Part shown: positions 28,819 to 38,737 of the stretch, piece after piece
How positions within the stretch are numbered: the first letter of the stretch is position 1
How the letters are laid out: each line of letters starts with the position of its first letter
NCBI GenBank assembly: GCA_965219955.1
Contig: OZ244799.1
Coordinates: 2,688,001 to 2,752,000, forward strand
DNA: 64,000 nucleotides
Reading direction: 5' to 3'
Source: a bacterium
GTDB lineage: Bacteria > UBA8248
Program-made: the position numbers and the translations under genes
Notes under the pieces: generated by a model
What the model was told of the DNA's origin: nothing
Seen by the model: only the letters and a program-made list of their open reading frames with translations
Databases searched by the model: none

Positions 28819-30897
28819 CTACTCGGGCGCGCCGCGGTAGAAGCCGCGGAAATCCAGGACGGCGCCGCCGTAGACGTGCCTGATCTTGTAGCGAATCTTG
28901 TCCGCGCTGAACCCGCTGCCGGCCGAGGGGTTGTCCTCGATGAACAGTTCGGGCTCGCGCATGTCGTCCATGAAGCCGATCTCGATGGTGTCCATGAGGC
29001 TCGGGTCGGCGATCATGTACCAGTCGTTCGCTTCGGTGAGTTCCGGCACCCACAAGGGCTCGACCCCCAGGCGGCTGATGAAGCTCGGCTGGTTGGAGTT
29101 TCCGCCCTCGACGACCTTGACGGGCGACTGGGTGACGTCGAACGCCTCTTCGAGCAATTCGGTCGGGTGAATGAGATATTTGGGCCGCGCCTGCGCCGCC
29201 ACCTCGACGCCGTCTTCCCCGTAAAACGTCTGCTGGCCCATCGTCTTGACGCCGGCAATGACGTTGTCGTACGTGAGCTCGTTCGTGGAGGTGTTGTTGT
29301 GGTCGGCGTGGAACAGCGCGTCCCCGTCGTAGATGTCCGCGTTGGACGCCAGGAAATCGAACACGAAGCCGTTCAGGGTGCGCTGGGCCGCGCGGGCGAG
29401 GCGCTGGGGAATCATGCGGATCGCGCCCATGTCGTCGTTCTGGATCATCTCCCAGGTGAGGTCTTCCACGCCGCCGCGCTTGGCCACGGCGTACGTCACC
29501 TCCTCATCCGTCGGGGAGGCAAGCGCCGGGTAGGTGGCCTGTTCGGCGACCGTTTGCAGATCGCCGTAACCGCCGACGCGCACCCGGCGGTTGGTGCGGA
29601 AATCCTTGACGGGAACCACGGCCGAGACGATCTTCTTCCACTGGTGGAACCGCTCGTCCCTGAAATCGCCCAGCATGGCGCGGCGGATGGAATCCCCGAA
29701 CGCCTCGCCCCACGTGCTCGTCTGCAAGGAGGCGGAGAGTCGGCGCACCCCGTTCCAGTCCTCGGCGGCGCGGTGATAGTGGAACGTCTCGGCGAAGAAC
29801 TGGCGCGGGGTGAGGCGGTGGCCCGTGAAATCCTGAAACGCCTCGCTCATGAAGCGGTAGGGCCGCTCTCCGTCTACCGCCTCGTCGCGCGAACTCCAAA
29901 GCCCGTCCAGAGCCGCCCGCTTGCGGTCCGCCTCGTCGCGCATCACCTCGGCACTCGCGCCGAAACCACGGAGCGCTCCGCTCGCCGTGAGTTTTTCCAG
30001 CGTGGCCGCCTCGACCCGGATCGCCTCCTCGATTTCCTCCTCCGTGAAGCTCCCGTCCCTGAACCGGTCGCGGACCTTCTCCTGAACGGCTTCGGGAAGT
30101 GCCGAGGCCGCGAGTTTCCGGGCGAGCATTCCGCGCGCAGCAGCCCCGGCTTCCGTTCCATCCTCCACGGATTCTTCTCCTTTTTTCTTCAGGTCCAGCT
30201 CGAGGCCTGCATCCTCACAGGCAGCGAGGAACTGTTGCGGCGTCCACGCGTCGCCGAGCTTCTTGCCCGATTCGGGCGCCACGCTTTTGAGTTTTTTCCC
30301 GAGTTTTTCGAACATCTTCACCTCCGATTGAATGGAATGAGTGGCGGCGAGACCCAGAATCCCGCCCCCGAGCTTGCCTTTGTGCACGACGTCGACGGAG
30401 TGAACCGCCAGAATCTTTTCGAAATGCAATACGAGCCCGTCGGCCTCTTCGCGGAACTCCGCCTGCGCGAGCACGTCGAAGGAAAAGCCGAAAGGCTCAT
30501 CGAGGCCCCGGGCCAGCGCATCGTGCGCCAGCGCCTGGAACCAGGCCGCTGAGCGCGAAACCGCAAACGTGCTCAAAAGCCCCTCCTCGCCCATGCGGAC
30601 CTCGCGGTGCCAGCCGACCAGGTTCCTGATGTCGGGGCCGCTCGAGGCGGCGTGGTTCGCAAACGCCTGCGCGCCCTCGAACAGGGGAGCGGCCTCGCGC
30701 AGCACGTCGCGGGGCAGGAACCACTCCCCGTCCCTCGAGTAGCCGGCCTTTGCGATCAGCACGTCGAAATCCCAGGCTTCGTCCGGCGGCTGCGCCTCTT
30801 TCGCCACCGCGCGGATGAGGTGGCCATGCAGCCTGAGAGGGTGAGAATCCTTCTGCGCCTCCGCGCGCGCCCAAATGCGGTTCATCCATTTTTTCAA
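28819..30897 (-). CDS. Fused prohead protease/scaffold and Mu gpT-like major capsid protein
   Basis: N-terminus AFANH...GFSFD...SVDVV; C-terminus VKDFR, EMIQNDDMGAI, LFHADHNN, PKYLI.P, WYMIADP and YKIRH.YGGAVLDFRGFY; TTG with AAGGAG RBS. Confidence 0.85.
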   Translation of the reverse strand: MKKWMNRIWARAEAQKDSHPLRLHGHLIRAVAKEAQPPDEAWDFDVLIAKAGYSRDGEWFLPRDVLREAAPLFEGAQAFANHAASSGPDIRNLVGWHREVRMGEEGLLSTFAVSRSAAWFQALAHDALARGLDEPFGFSFDVLAQAEFREEADGLVLHFEKILAVHSVDVVHKGKLGGGILGLAATHSIQSEVKMFEKLGKKLKSVAPESGKKLGDAWTPQQFLAACEDAGLELDLKKKGEESVEDGTEAGAAARGMLARKLAASALPEAVQEKVRDRFRDGSFTEEEIEEAIRVEAATLEKLTASGALRGFGASAEVMRDEADRKRAALDGLWSSRDEAVDGERPYRFMSEAFQDFTGHRLTPRQFFAETFHYHRAAEDWNGVRRLSASLQTSTWGEAFGDSIRRAMLGDFRDERFHQWKKIVSAVVPVKDFRTNRRVRVGGYGDLQTVAEQATYPALASPTDEEVTYAVAKRGGVEDLTWEMIQNDDMGAIRMIPQRLARAAQRTLNGFVFDFLASNADIYDGDALFHADHNNTSTNELTYDNVIAGVKTMGQQTFYGEDGVEVAAQARPKYLIHPTELLEEAFDVTQSPVKVVEGGNSNQPSFISRLGVEPLWVPELTEANDWYMIADPSLMDTIEIGFMDDMREPELFIEDNPSAGSGFSADKIRYKIRHVYGGAVLDFRGFYRGAPE

Positions 30898-30993
30898 GGG
30901 AAACTCCTTTCTCGCTGGCCTTCCAGAAATCCGGCTTCCGGCGATGCGCCGGAGACCGCCGCCCGGAAAAAAAGTAGCGGGCGCAACGGCGAC

Positions 30994-31046
30994 AAACTAG
31001 CGCAAGGAGTCTCGAAGGCGGGCCGCGCAAATGCGGGGAAATGCGC
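30994..31046 (-). promoter_or_regulatory. Putative activator-dependent promoter of the head/tail cluster
   Basis: 23-bp box cgcgcaaatgcggggaaatgcgc at 31024-31046; 24-nt spacer; TAGTTT at 30999-30994 (minus strand). Same layout upstream of the terminase. Confidence 0.75.
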
Positions 31047-31255
31047 ATTTGAAGCCTTTTTTTGCGGAATTTTGAATTTGCTAATTGAAAAATTTAAGAA
31101 AATGCGGTAAATTACGGAAAATTCTGGAGTTGCGGACAATGTGGGTGGTCCCGGCGTCTACCAATTCTGGATACTTCGCCCGCCACTCAGGAATTACCAG
31201 GATTCGCCGAGCAGCCAAGACCGCCCCTTGAACAAGACGGACGAGGTTTGATCTC

Positions 31256-32551
31256 ATGTGGGGCGTCGCTCAACCGGCCTTGAATTTCTTCCAGAAACTC
31301 TCCTGGAACCATATGCTCGACATCGGGATCATGTGGTTCCTGCTCTATCAGGTCTACATACGCTTCAGGGGCACCCAGGCGATGCGCCTCCTCGTGCGCG
31401 TGTTCGCGGTGTGGCTCATCTATCTCGCCTCCCAGGCCGCGGGTCTGCACCTGACTTCTTTCCTGCTATGGGCCATCTGGATAGCCGTGCTCATCCTGTT
31501 TCTCATCAATTTCCACGGCGAGATCCAGAAGATATTCTTCCAGCTCAACCCGGTGCGCAGAATCTCCATCCTGCTGCGCCGGGCGATGCGCATCCGCCTG
31601 CCGGACGAGAGCGTCGCCACCATCGCCGGCGCCGCCTTTTCGCTCGCGGCGAAGCACATGGGCGCCATCATCGTCGTGGAGCACCGGGATGTGACCGATT
31701 CACTGCTGAGAAGTCCGGGCGAAGAGATCGAGGCGGACATTCAGCCGGCGCTGCTGGAAACCATCTTCTTCAAGGGGTCGCCCTACCATGACGGCGCCGC
31801 CGTGGTTCGCGAGAACAAGGTCTCGCGCGCGGGATGCGTTTTGCCCCTTTCCGAGAACCACGCTCTGCCGCCCGAGTTCGGCACGCGCCACAGGGCGGCG
31901 GTCGGCATCACGGAGCGCTGCGACGCCCTGGCAATCGTCATCTCCGAGGAACGCGGAGAGATCACCTGCGTGGAAGGCGGCAACGCAAAGGCGATCCAGG
32001 ACGAAGATGAACTCGCCTCCTGGCTCACGGCGCGGCTGCGCGCGGCCCGCGAGGCGGGACAGACGAAAGGGCGCATCTCGCTCCGCCACGTTTTCCAGAA
32101 CTGGCGGCCCAAGCTCGCCGCGCTGGCGGCCGTCATTTTCCTCTGGTCGCTCGGCGGTCAGGAGAGCCAGAATCCGCAGAATTTCTTCCCGCAGCTCGAA
32201 AGCAAGGTGGAGGAGGAATTCCGCGTCCAGGTCCACTATTACAACGTTCCGAGCGGCGTTACCCTGCCGGCGGATGCGGCGAAAGAAGTCAGAATCCGTC
32301 TCAGAGGCAGGCGCGATCTGCTCAATTATATCGACGCCACCCGCCTGCGCGTGAACGTGAACCTCGCCAAAATGACGCCCGGCGCGCATACGCGCACGCT
32401 CTCGGGCCGCGACATCGACCTGCCGAACGGTCTCGAATTCCTGAGCGCGGAACCAAAGACCCTCGACTTGAATCTCGCGGGCGAACCGGCTCCTGAGAAA
32501 ATGACGAAATCGAGCGCCTCCACCGAAACGCCCGAGTCCTCGAATTTTTAA
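31256..32551 (+). CDS. cdaA: Diadenylate cyclase CdaA/DacA fused to a C-terminal TM and YbbR-like domain
   Basis: 3 N-terminal TM helices; HDGA, GTRHRAA and SEERG motifs; NWRPKLAAL..V.FLW followed by a beta-rich YbbR-type domain. Confidence 0.88.
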   Translation: MWGVAQPALNFFQKLSWNHMLDIGIMWFLLYQVYIRFRGTQAMRLLVRVFAVWLIYLASQAAGLHLTSFLLWAIWIAVLILFLINFHGEIQKIFFQLNPVRRISILLRRAMRIRLPDESVATIAGAAFSLAAKHMGAIIVVEHRDVTDSLLRSPGEEIEADIQPALLETIFFKGSPYHDGAAVVRENKVSRAGCVLPLSENHALPPEFGTRHRAAVGITERCDALAIVISEERGEITCVEGGNAKAIQDEDELASWLTARLRAAREAGQTKGRISLRHVFQNWRPKLAALAAVIFLWSLGGQESQNPQNFFPQLESKVEEEFRVQVHYYNVPSGVTLPADAAKEVRIRLRGRRDLLNYIDATRLRVNVNLAKMTPGAHTRTLSGRDIDLPNGLEFLSAEPKTLDLNLAGEPAPEKMTKSSASTETPESSNF

Positions 32552-32950
32552 CTAAGGCCCCTCATTTCAGGTACTTGCGTTTTCAGCCACGCGAAAATTT
32601 GCTTTTTCAGAACAAAATACCGATATTGAAAGAACCGGGCCATCGCCGCCGAGACGTCCCAGGCGCTCAGACGAGCGAGGCGGGCGAACCATCTCAGGTG
32701 GTTCTCGGCGCAGGCCGGGTGAGGCGGTGAGGAGCCGAGGCGGAAAGCGGCTCCGGTCCGGTTTCGGGGAACCCCTCAAGAGAAGGAGGATGCGATGATA
32801 TCAACGATAAATCGCTTCAGCCGTGCGGAAACGCCGCCCTCCCCGGCCCCATCGCGTCAGCCGGGCGGGGAGGAAGACAAAGGCTGATGCGCAAATAAAG
32901 GCGTCACGACGCCTTTGTAAGGTGAGACGAGTTCTCACCCCGGAAAAAGA

Positions 32951-32990
32951 AAAAAAGAGAGCGGGATGCAACGTCCCGCTCTTCTTTTTT
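32951..32990. terminator. Bidirectional intrinsic terminator
   Basis: A-tract, agagcgggat/gtcccgctct stem, T-tract. Confidence 0.8.
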
Positions 32991-32991
32991 G

Positions 32992-33186
32992 CTAGCTTTT
33001 GCCCTCGAGTCTTCTCATCTCGATTTCGATTTGCTGGAGCCTGTTCTTGATCATGTTGAAGTCGTACTCGAATCCCTCGGCGAGCAGCGTGAGACCCTGG
33101 TAGAGCTGGTGCTTTTCCGGTTCTTCTTCCGCGTTCACGGAACCCAGCATCTCGGCGAAAACCTCTCTGGCGTGATGAAAGCTCAA
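32992..33186 (-). CDS. Small hypothetical coiled-coil protein (64 aa)
   Basis: Purine-rich RBS, host-like codons, ends at the terminator. Confidence 0.6.
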   Translation of the reverse strand: MSFHHAREVFAEMLGSVNAEEEPEKHQLYQGLTLLAEGFEYDFNMIKNRLQQIEIEMRRLEGKS

Positions 33187-33321
33187 AACCCCTTCCCCCT
33201 TTTTGAATGAGAACGCGCACTGCGAAGCAATATATCTTTTGCGGGAAGAATCCCGCTTGCATCTTTGCTAGAATCCACCGCACCGACAAATAAACCACAA
33301 CGTAATCGAGGAGTCATCTTC

Positions 33322-33819
33322 ATGCCGGAAAGACCGAACACGCCGCAAGTCATCCTCCGCCACATTCAGGGCACGCAGCTTCAGATGTTCACCACCACGG
33401 GCAAGCATTCCTACGTGCTCGACGAGCCCGAAACTCGGGGCGGCACGGACCTCGCCGCCACGCCGTTCGAGTTCTTCATCGCAGGGCACGCGGGCTGAGG
33501 CCTCTACACGCTGCTGGGAGCAGCGAAGGCCAAGGGCATCCAGATCGACGACGTGGAAGTCCACGCGGAGTTCAAGCGGAACATAACGCCTAAATTTCAT
33601 TCGGATTATCACGCGGACCCCGAGCGGCGGAAACTCTCCATCGGCGTCATTCGCACGAGCTACTACATCCACGGCGACGTAACGGAAGAGCAAAAGGCGG
33701 AACTGCTCGATGAACTCGAAAACTGCCCCATCCACAACACGCTGATGACGCCGCCGAAGCTTGAGGAGCGGATCGTCGTTCTCGAAAAAGACGAAACCGC
33801 GCCCAAGGAAATTTCATAA
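33322..33819 (+). CDS. OsmC/Ohr-family selenoprotein (Sec at TGA 33496-33498)
   Basis: LDEP..GG.D...TP.E....HAG-U...CPIHNTL; two in-frame ORFs joined by one TGA at the catalytic Cys position; SECIS-like hairpin follows. Confidence 0.88.
33499..33531 (+). promoter_or_regulatory. Bacterial SECIS-like hairpin
   Basis: ggcct-ctaca-cgctgct-GGG-agcagcg-a-aggcc immediately 3' of the UGA. Confidence 0.75.
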
Positions 33820-33848
33820 GGGCGGGGAAAGAGCCGCTTGCGAAATCA

Positions 33849-34327
33849 GGGGGTGTTGAAAAAGTTCTCCTCGCTCGGTCGATTCCTCCCTCATCGGGGC
33901 TGTTGAAAAAGTCCCCCGACGAGGGAAAATTTGTTTGTGTGTAGGGGTCGCATACATGCGACCCTGCTTTTTTTCACCTACTGCAAGGGCCGCATGTATG
34001 CGGCCCCTACACTCCCTTCGACAAGTCGGAATCGACCACTGCCGTCATTCCGGCGAAAGCCGGAATCCATTTTCACGTAGAATGACAATACGCTGGCTTT
34101 TCATTTCCCAGCCATTCGTGGGAACTAATCGGAAAATAAAAAACCAAGGCAAAACAAATGGATTCCGGCTTTCGCCGGAATGACGAACAAAATCGGAAGA
34201 GTTGTAGGGACAGGCCTCCGTGCCTGTCCGATGCCCTGCTCTACAAAGGACAACCACAGAGGGTTGTCCCTACAAACGACCAGCTCCATACGCCGAATCG
34301 CGAAAACGAGACTTTTTCAACAACCCC
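33849..34327. mobile_element. MITE composite (two left TIRs, one right TIR)
   Basis: TIRs at 33849, 33896 and 34313-34327; modules: GTAG-REP pair 33941-34010, RPE4-like 34044-34184, gtagggacaggc-type 34204-34274. Confidence 0.8.
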
Positions 34328-34414
34328 CATAATAGGAGCCTTGAACAACAGAGAAGCTATTTTCGAAGAAGCCTGGAATTCGGCAGGAAAGAAAGAGGCC
34401 CTTCAAAATGAGTC

Positions 34415-34888
34415 CTAGTAGGAAATCCTGTCCTCCATCTGCGCCCACAGATTGAAGGATTCGAGCGCTTCATCTTTCAGGAGCCGCGTTGCATCCAGTT
34501 TTCTTTCATCCATCGACAGGGCGATTTCCCTGTAGAGAAATTCATCGGAAAACCCGATCGCATCGGCTTCGACGATGGTGTTCCCGTAAAACATGCGATC
34601 GAGTTTCGCCCAGTAGATGGCGCTCAGGCACATCGGGCAAGGCTCGCAACTCGTATAAATCTCACAGCCGGACAAGTCGAATTGCTTCAGTTTCGCACTC
34701 GCCGCCCGTATGGCGAGCATCTCGGCGTGCGCGGTGGGATCGCAAGAAGACGCCACCCGGTTCACGCCCTCGCCGATAATCTCCCCGTCCCTGACGACGA
34801 CGGACCCGAAAGGCCCGCCGAGCCCATCCCGCACGTTTTGAGAAGCGAGCGATATCGCCCTTCTCATAAATGATTCCTGCGTCGCCAT
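34415..34888 (-). CDS. guaD: Cytidine-deaminase-fold nucleobase deaminase (GuaD-type guanine deaminase)
   Basis: GGPFG, DPTAHAE, SCEPCPMC, IGFSD motifs and C-terminal Tyr. Confidence 0.85.
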   Translation of the reverse strand: MATQESFMRRAISLASQNVRDGLGGPFGSVVVRDGEIIGEGVNRVASSCDPTAHAEMLAIRAASAKLKQFDLSGCEIYTSCEPCPMCLSAIYWAKLDRMFYGNTIVEADAIGFSDEFLYREIALSMDERKLDATRLLKDEALESFNLWAQMEDRISY

Positions 34889-35091
34889 TTCCTCATCTCC
34901 CGTTTGGTTCCACTTTTCCGCGGCTGTTTCTCTTCACTGCGTCTCTGTTTTCTCCAGATTCCCTTCATCTTAACTTGTTTTTGAAATGGTTTGCATTCAT
35001 TTTACAGGTTCTTCTTTACCGCACTCCAAAAACAGGAGCCTGGAACGAGAGAGAACCCACGCTCTGAAATTCGCAACCCGAAAAGGAATTG

Positions 35092-36015
35092 ATGATGAAA
35101 ATCGGATTCATCGGACTCGGAAACATGGGGGCCGGCATGGCGGCCAACCTCCAGAAGGCGGGCTACGAACTCGTCGTCCACGACATCGTGCGCGAGGCCG
35201 CGGCGGATCATATCGAGCGAGGCGCGCTCTGGGCGGATTCCCCGGAGGAGGTCGCCAAGGTTTGCGAGATCGTCTTCACTTCCCTGCCCGGACCCAAAGA
35301 GGTCGAGAGCGTCGCCACGGGGCCGAACGGCATCCTCGCGGGGGTCAGCGCGGGGAAAGTCTACGTCGACCTGAGCACGGGATACCCTGCCATCGTGCGC
35401 CGCATCCATGAAAAGTTTGCGGAAGCAGGCGCGCACATGCTCGACGCGCCCGTGAGCGGCTCCACCATCGGCGCGAACACGGGCCGCCTCGCCGTCATGG
35501 TGGGGGGAGACGAGGAAATATATGAGCGCTGCAAGCCCCTGTTCGACGCCATGGGGGACCGCCCCACCTACACCGGCCCGATCGGCACGGGCACCGTGTG
35601 CAAGCTCGCGCATAATTGTATGAGCTACGGCATTCAGACCCTGGCGGCGGAATGCTACTCCCTGGGCGTCAAGGCGGGCGCCTCGCCCGATGTCCTGGCC
35701 GAGACGATTCGAAACGGCGCGGTGGGCCGGGGGGTGCACTTCCACTTCATCTTCCCCGAGACGTTCTTCAAGGGAAAATTCGACGAGCCCCACTTTCCCA
35801 TGAAGGGCGCGGTGAAAGACGTAGGCCTGGCGCTCAGGCTCGCCCGCGAGCACGACGTGCCCATGGCGATAGGCAACATCGCCTACGGGGAACTCATCTC
35901 AGGCTTGAACCGAGGATGGGGGGAAGATGACGCGAGGCGCGCCATGACGCTTCAGGAAGAGCGAGCGGGCGGCGCCCGGATGAGAGTTTCAGAACAGGAG
36001 ATTGACCCAAAATGA
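35092..36015 (+). CDS. Beta-hydroxyacid dehydrogenase (3-hydroxyisobutyrate dehydrogenase family)
   Basis: IGFIGLGNMG, DAPVSG, KL.HN and KD motifs. Confidence 0.92.
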   Translation: MMKIGFIGLGNMGAGMAANLQKAGYELVVHDIVREAAADHIERGALWADSPEEVAKVCEIVFTSLPGPKEVESVATGPNGILAGVSAGKVYVDLSTGYPAIVRRIHEKFAEAGAHMLDAPVSGSTIGANTGRLAVMVGGDEEIYERCKPLFDAMGDRPTYTGPIGTGTVCKLAHNCMSYGIQTLAAECYSLGVKAGASPDVLAETIRNGAVGRGVHFHFIFPETFFKGKFDEPHFPMKGAVKDVGLALRLAREHDVPMAIGNIAYGELISGLNRGWGEDDARRAMTLQEERAGGARMRVSEQEIDPK

Positions 36016-37016
36016 AACACGGAATCGCCATGCTGCCCCCCGCCCCCGACACCTACGCGCACTGGTGCCGGCTCTCCGAAGAGGCGGGCTTCGACGTCAT
36101 CTGGGTGCCGGACTCGCAATCCCTCTACCGGGAGCTTTACGTCTCGTGCGCCATCTGCGCGGCGAACACCTCGCGCGTCCTGCTGGGCCCCAACGTCACC
36201 AACCCGCTCACGCGCCACCCCGCGACGGCGGCGAGCGCCATCGCCACGGTGGATGAGTTCTCGGGCGGCCGCGCGTTGTTCGGGATCGCCACGGGCGACA
36301 GCGCCGTCCTGAACCTGGGATTGCGCCCAAGCCGCGTGGACGAGGTGCGCGATTACGTTCTCGCCATGCGCGGGATGTTAGAGGAGGGCGCGGCGCACTA
36401 CCGGGGAAAACCCTGCACGCTCAACTGGCACAAAAAGCGGGTCCCCCTTTACATCGCCGCAGAGGGGCCGCGCACCATCCGTCTGGCCGGCGAGATAGCG
36501 GACGGCGTCACCATCGGGTGCGGCCTCACGCCGGAAGTGGTGGCCGATTCCCTCACCTGGCTGGAAGAAGGCGCGAAAAAATCGGGCCGAAAGGTGGACG
36601 ATCTGGACGTCTGGTGGCTGGCGAAGGTGAACGTGCGCGAAGACGGCGAGCAAGCGCGCGAGGAGATCCGCATGGCGCTCGCCGCGAGCGCGCACCACGC
36701 CTTTCGCTTCACGACGGAGGGCAAGCGGATTCCCAAGGAACTCCTCTCCGCCGTCGAGACCCTGAAGCGAGGATACGCGTTCCACGAACACGAGATGGTG
36801 GACAAGCAGACGAACGCCGAACTCGTGGACAGGCTCGGGCTGCGCGAGTACCTGCTCGACCGCTTCGCCATCGCGGGCAACCCCGCAGAATGCAGGAAGC
36901 AGATCGAATCCATGAAGGCGACCGGCGTCGAAGGTTTAAGAATCGCCGCCCACGTTCACGACAAGCCCGCCTTCATCCGGGCATGGGGCCGCGAGATAAT
37001 CGGCAAGATCGAGTAA
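36012..37016 (+). CDS. LLM family (Mer-like, probably F420-dependent) oxidoreductase
   Basis: DSQ, VTNPLTRHP, GIATGDSA and AAEGP motifs. Confidence 0.88.
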   Translation: MKHGIAMLPPAPDTYAHWCRLSEEAGFDVIWVPDSQSLYRELYVSCAICAANTSRVLLGPNVTNPLTRHPATAASAIATVDEFSGGRALFGIATGDSAVLNLGLRPSRVDEVRDYVLAMRGMLEEGAAHYRGKPCTLNWHKKRVPLYIAAEGPRTIRLAGEIADGVTIGCGLTPEVVADSLTWLEEGAKKSGRKVDDLDVWWLAKVNVREDGEQAREEIRMALAASAHHAFRFTTEGKRIPKELLSAVETLKRGYAFHEHEMVDKQTNAELVDRLGLREYLLDRFAIAGNPAECRKQIESMKATGVEGLRIAAHVHDKPAFIRAWGREIIGKIE

Positions 37017-37033
37017 CCGGAAAGGATATCTTC

Positions 37034-38035
37034 ATGAGACATGGCATTTCATTCAGACCGCCCGATACGGATTCGTTCGCCCGCTGGTGCAGGTGCGCGG
37101 AAGAACTCGGCTTCGACGCGGTATTCATCCCCGATACGCAATCCCTTTACCGGGAGGTCTACGTCTCGTGCGCGATTTGCGCGATGGAGACGAGCGAGAT
37201 CATCTTCGGCCCTTGCGTCACGAATCCCGTCACGCGCCACCCGGCGGTGGCCGCGAGCGCCATCGGCACCATCAGCGAACTCTCCGGCGGGCGCGCCTTC
37301 TGGGGGATCGCCACGGGCGACAGCGCGGTGCTGAATCTGGGCCTCAGGCCCGCGAAGCTCGCCGAGATGCGCGAATACGTCCTCGCCGTGCGGGGCATGC
37401 TCGAAGAAGGGAGCGCGCTTTACAAGGGGAACAACGCCCGGCTGAGCTGGCACAAATCCCGCGTGCCCATCCACATCGCCGCCGAAGGCCCGAAAACGCT
37501 GCGCCTCGCGGGCGAGGTGGCCGACGGCGTCATCATCGGAACGGGCCTCATCCCCGAGGTCATCGCGGACACGCTCTCCTTCATCGACGAGGGCGCCAGG
37601 AAATCAGGCCGCAGGGTGGAAGATCTCGACCTCTGGTGGCTGGTGGACGCCCACGTGGACGCGGACGGCGAGCGCGCCCGCGAGGACATCCGCACCGCCC
37701 TGGCCGCGAGCGCGCATCATTCCTTCGCCTTCACGCTGGAGAACAAGCGCATCCCCAAAGAACTCGAATCCGGCATCCGCGCGCTGAGGGACGGCTACCA
37801 GACTTCGGAGCACGGCTTCATGGATAAATCCAACAACGCCGCGCTCGTCGATGAGTACGGGCTCAGGGACTACCTGGTCGACAGATTCGCCATCGTCGGC
37901 ACGCCCGAAGAATGCCGGAAGAGGCTGGAAGACCTCGAAAACCTGGGCGTCAAGGGACTTCGCATCAACAACAACCTGCCCGACAGGACGGTCTTCATGA
38001 ACGCCTGGGCGAAGGACGTGCGGGGGATCGCCTAG
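37034..38035 (+). CDS. LLM family (Mer-like) oxidoreductase, tandem paralog
   Basis: ATG 37034; visibly similar to the preceding gene throughout. Confidence 0.88.
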   Translation: MRHGISFRPPDTDSFARWCRCAEELGFDAVFIPDTQSLYREVYVSCAICAMETSEIIFGPCVTNPVTRHPAVAASAIGTISELSGGRAFWGIATGDSAVLNLGLRPAKLAEMREYVLAVRGMLEEGSALYKGNNARLSWHKSRVPIHIAAEGPKTLRLAGEVADGVIIGTGLIPEVIADTLSFIDEGARKSGRRVEDLDLWWLVDAHVDADGERAREDIRTALAASAHHSFAFTLENKRIPKELESGIRALRDGYQTSEHGFMDKSNNAALVDEYGLRDYLVDRFAIVGTPEECRKRLEDLENLGVKGLRINNNLPDRTVFMNAWAKDVRGIA

Positions 38036-38181
38036 ACTTCCCGCGAATAAAGCGCTTGATTCCCACCGCCTAGATGCAAACGGGGAGTTCCCCTCTCCCT
38101 GCCGCTTCGGTTAGAATGGCTGGAAATTATCGAAAAAGATGGTTTCGACCTCCCCGAAAAACCTCGCACTGGAGGGTGGAC

Positions 38182-38730
38182 ATGAGCGAAATGACGAAGG
38201 AAAAGATTCTCGTCTACGAACCCGTGGCGGAGGCTCCGGGCGCGAGCGCCGTCATGGCCGCGCGGCCCGAGAGTTTGAACGGCAAGAGCGTGGGCCTCAT
38301 CAACAACACCAAGGATTTTACGGATGAGATTTTCGACGTGATGGGCGCCGCGCTCGAGGAACAGTTCCCCGGCGTGCGCGTCGTGCGCTACCGGAAGGAA
38401 TCCGTGAGCGGCGCATCGCCCGCCTTGATGGAGCAGGTGGAAGGAGAGTGCGACGCCGTCGTTTCCGGGCTCGGCGACTGAGGCTCTTGCACGTCGTGGA
38501 GTATCCACGACAGCGTCGCTTTAGAGAAACGAGGGCTGGCCACGGTCACGGTCGTCACCGACGCCTTCGAGGCTTATGCGAAGCAGCTCACCAAGCTGCA
38601 CAAGATGAGCGAGCTTCCCCTCGTCACGCTGCCCCACCCCATCGCGGGCAGAAAGCGCGAGGAGGTGGACGAGATGTCGGCGAGAGCGAGCGCGCATCTG
38701 GCGTCCGCCCTCACGCAGGCGAGCGCTTGA
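38182..38730 (+). CDS. UGSC-motif selenoprotein (Sec at TGA 38479-38481)
   Basis: ...SGLGD-U-GSCTSWSIHD..LEKRG.. read-through to TGA 38728-30; UxxC motif; SECIS-like stem 11 nt downstream. Confidence 0.88.
38493..38511 (+). promoter_or_regulatory. Bacterial SECIS-like hairpin
   Basis: gtcgtgga-GTA-tccacgac starting 11 nt after the UGA. Confidence 0.72.
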
Positions 38731-38737
38731 TATCGGC

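Noticed and set aside
32630-32770. Known c-di-AMP, glycine or TPP riboswitch, or SRP RNA
   Set aside because: Conserved signature nucleotides of these families were not found by eye; kept only as an unknown structured RNA candidate.
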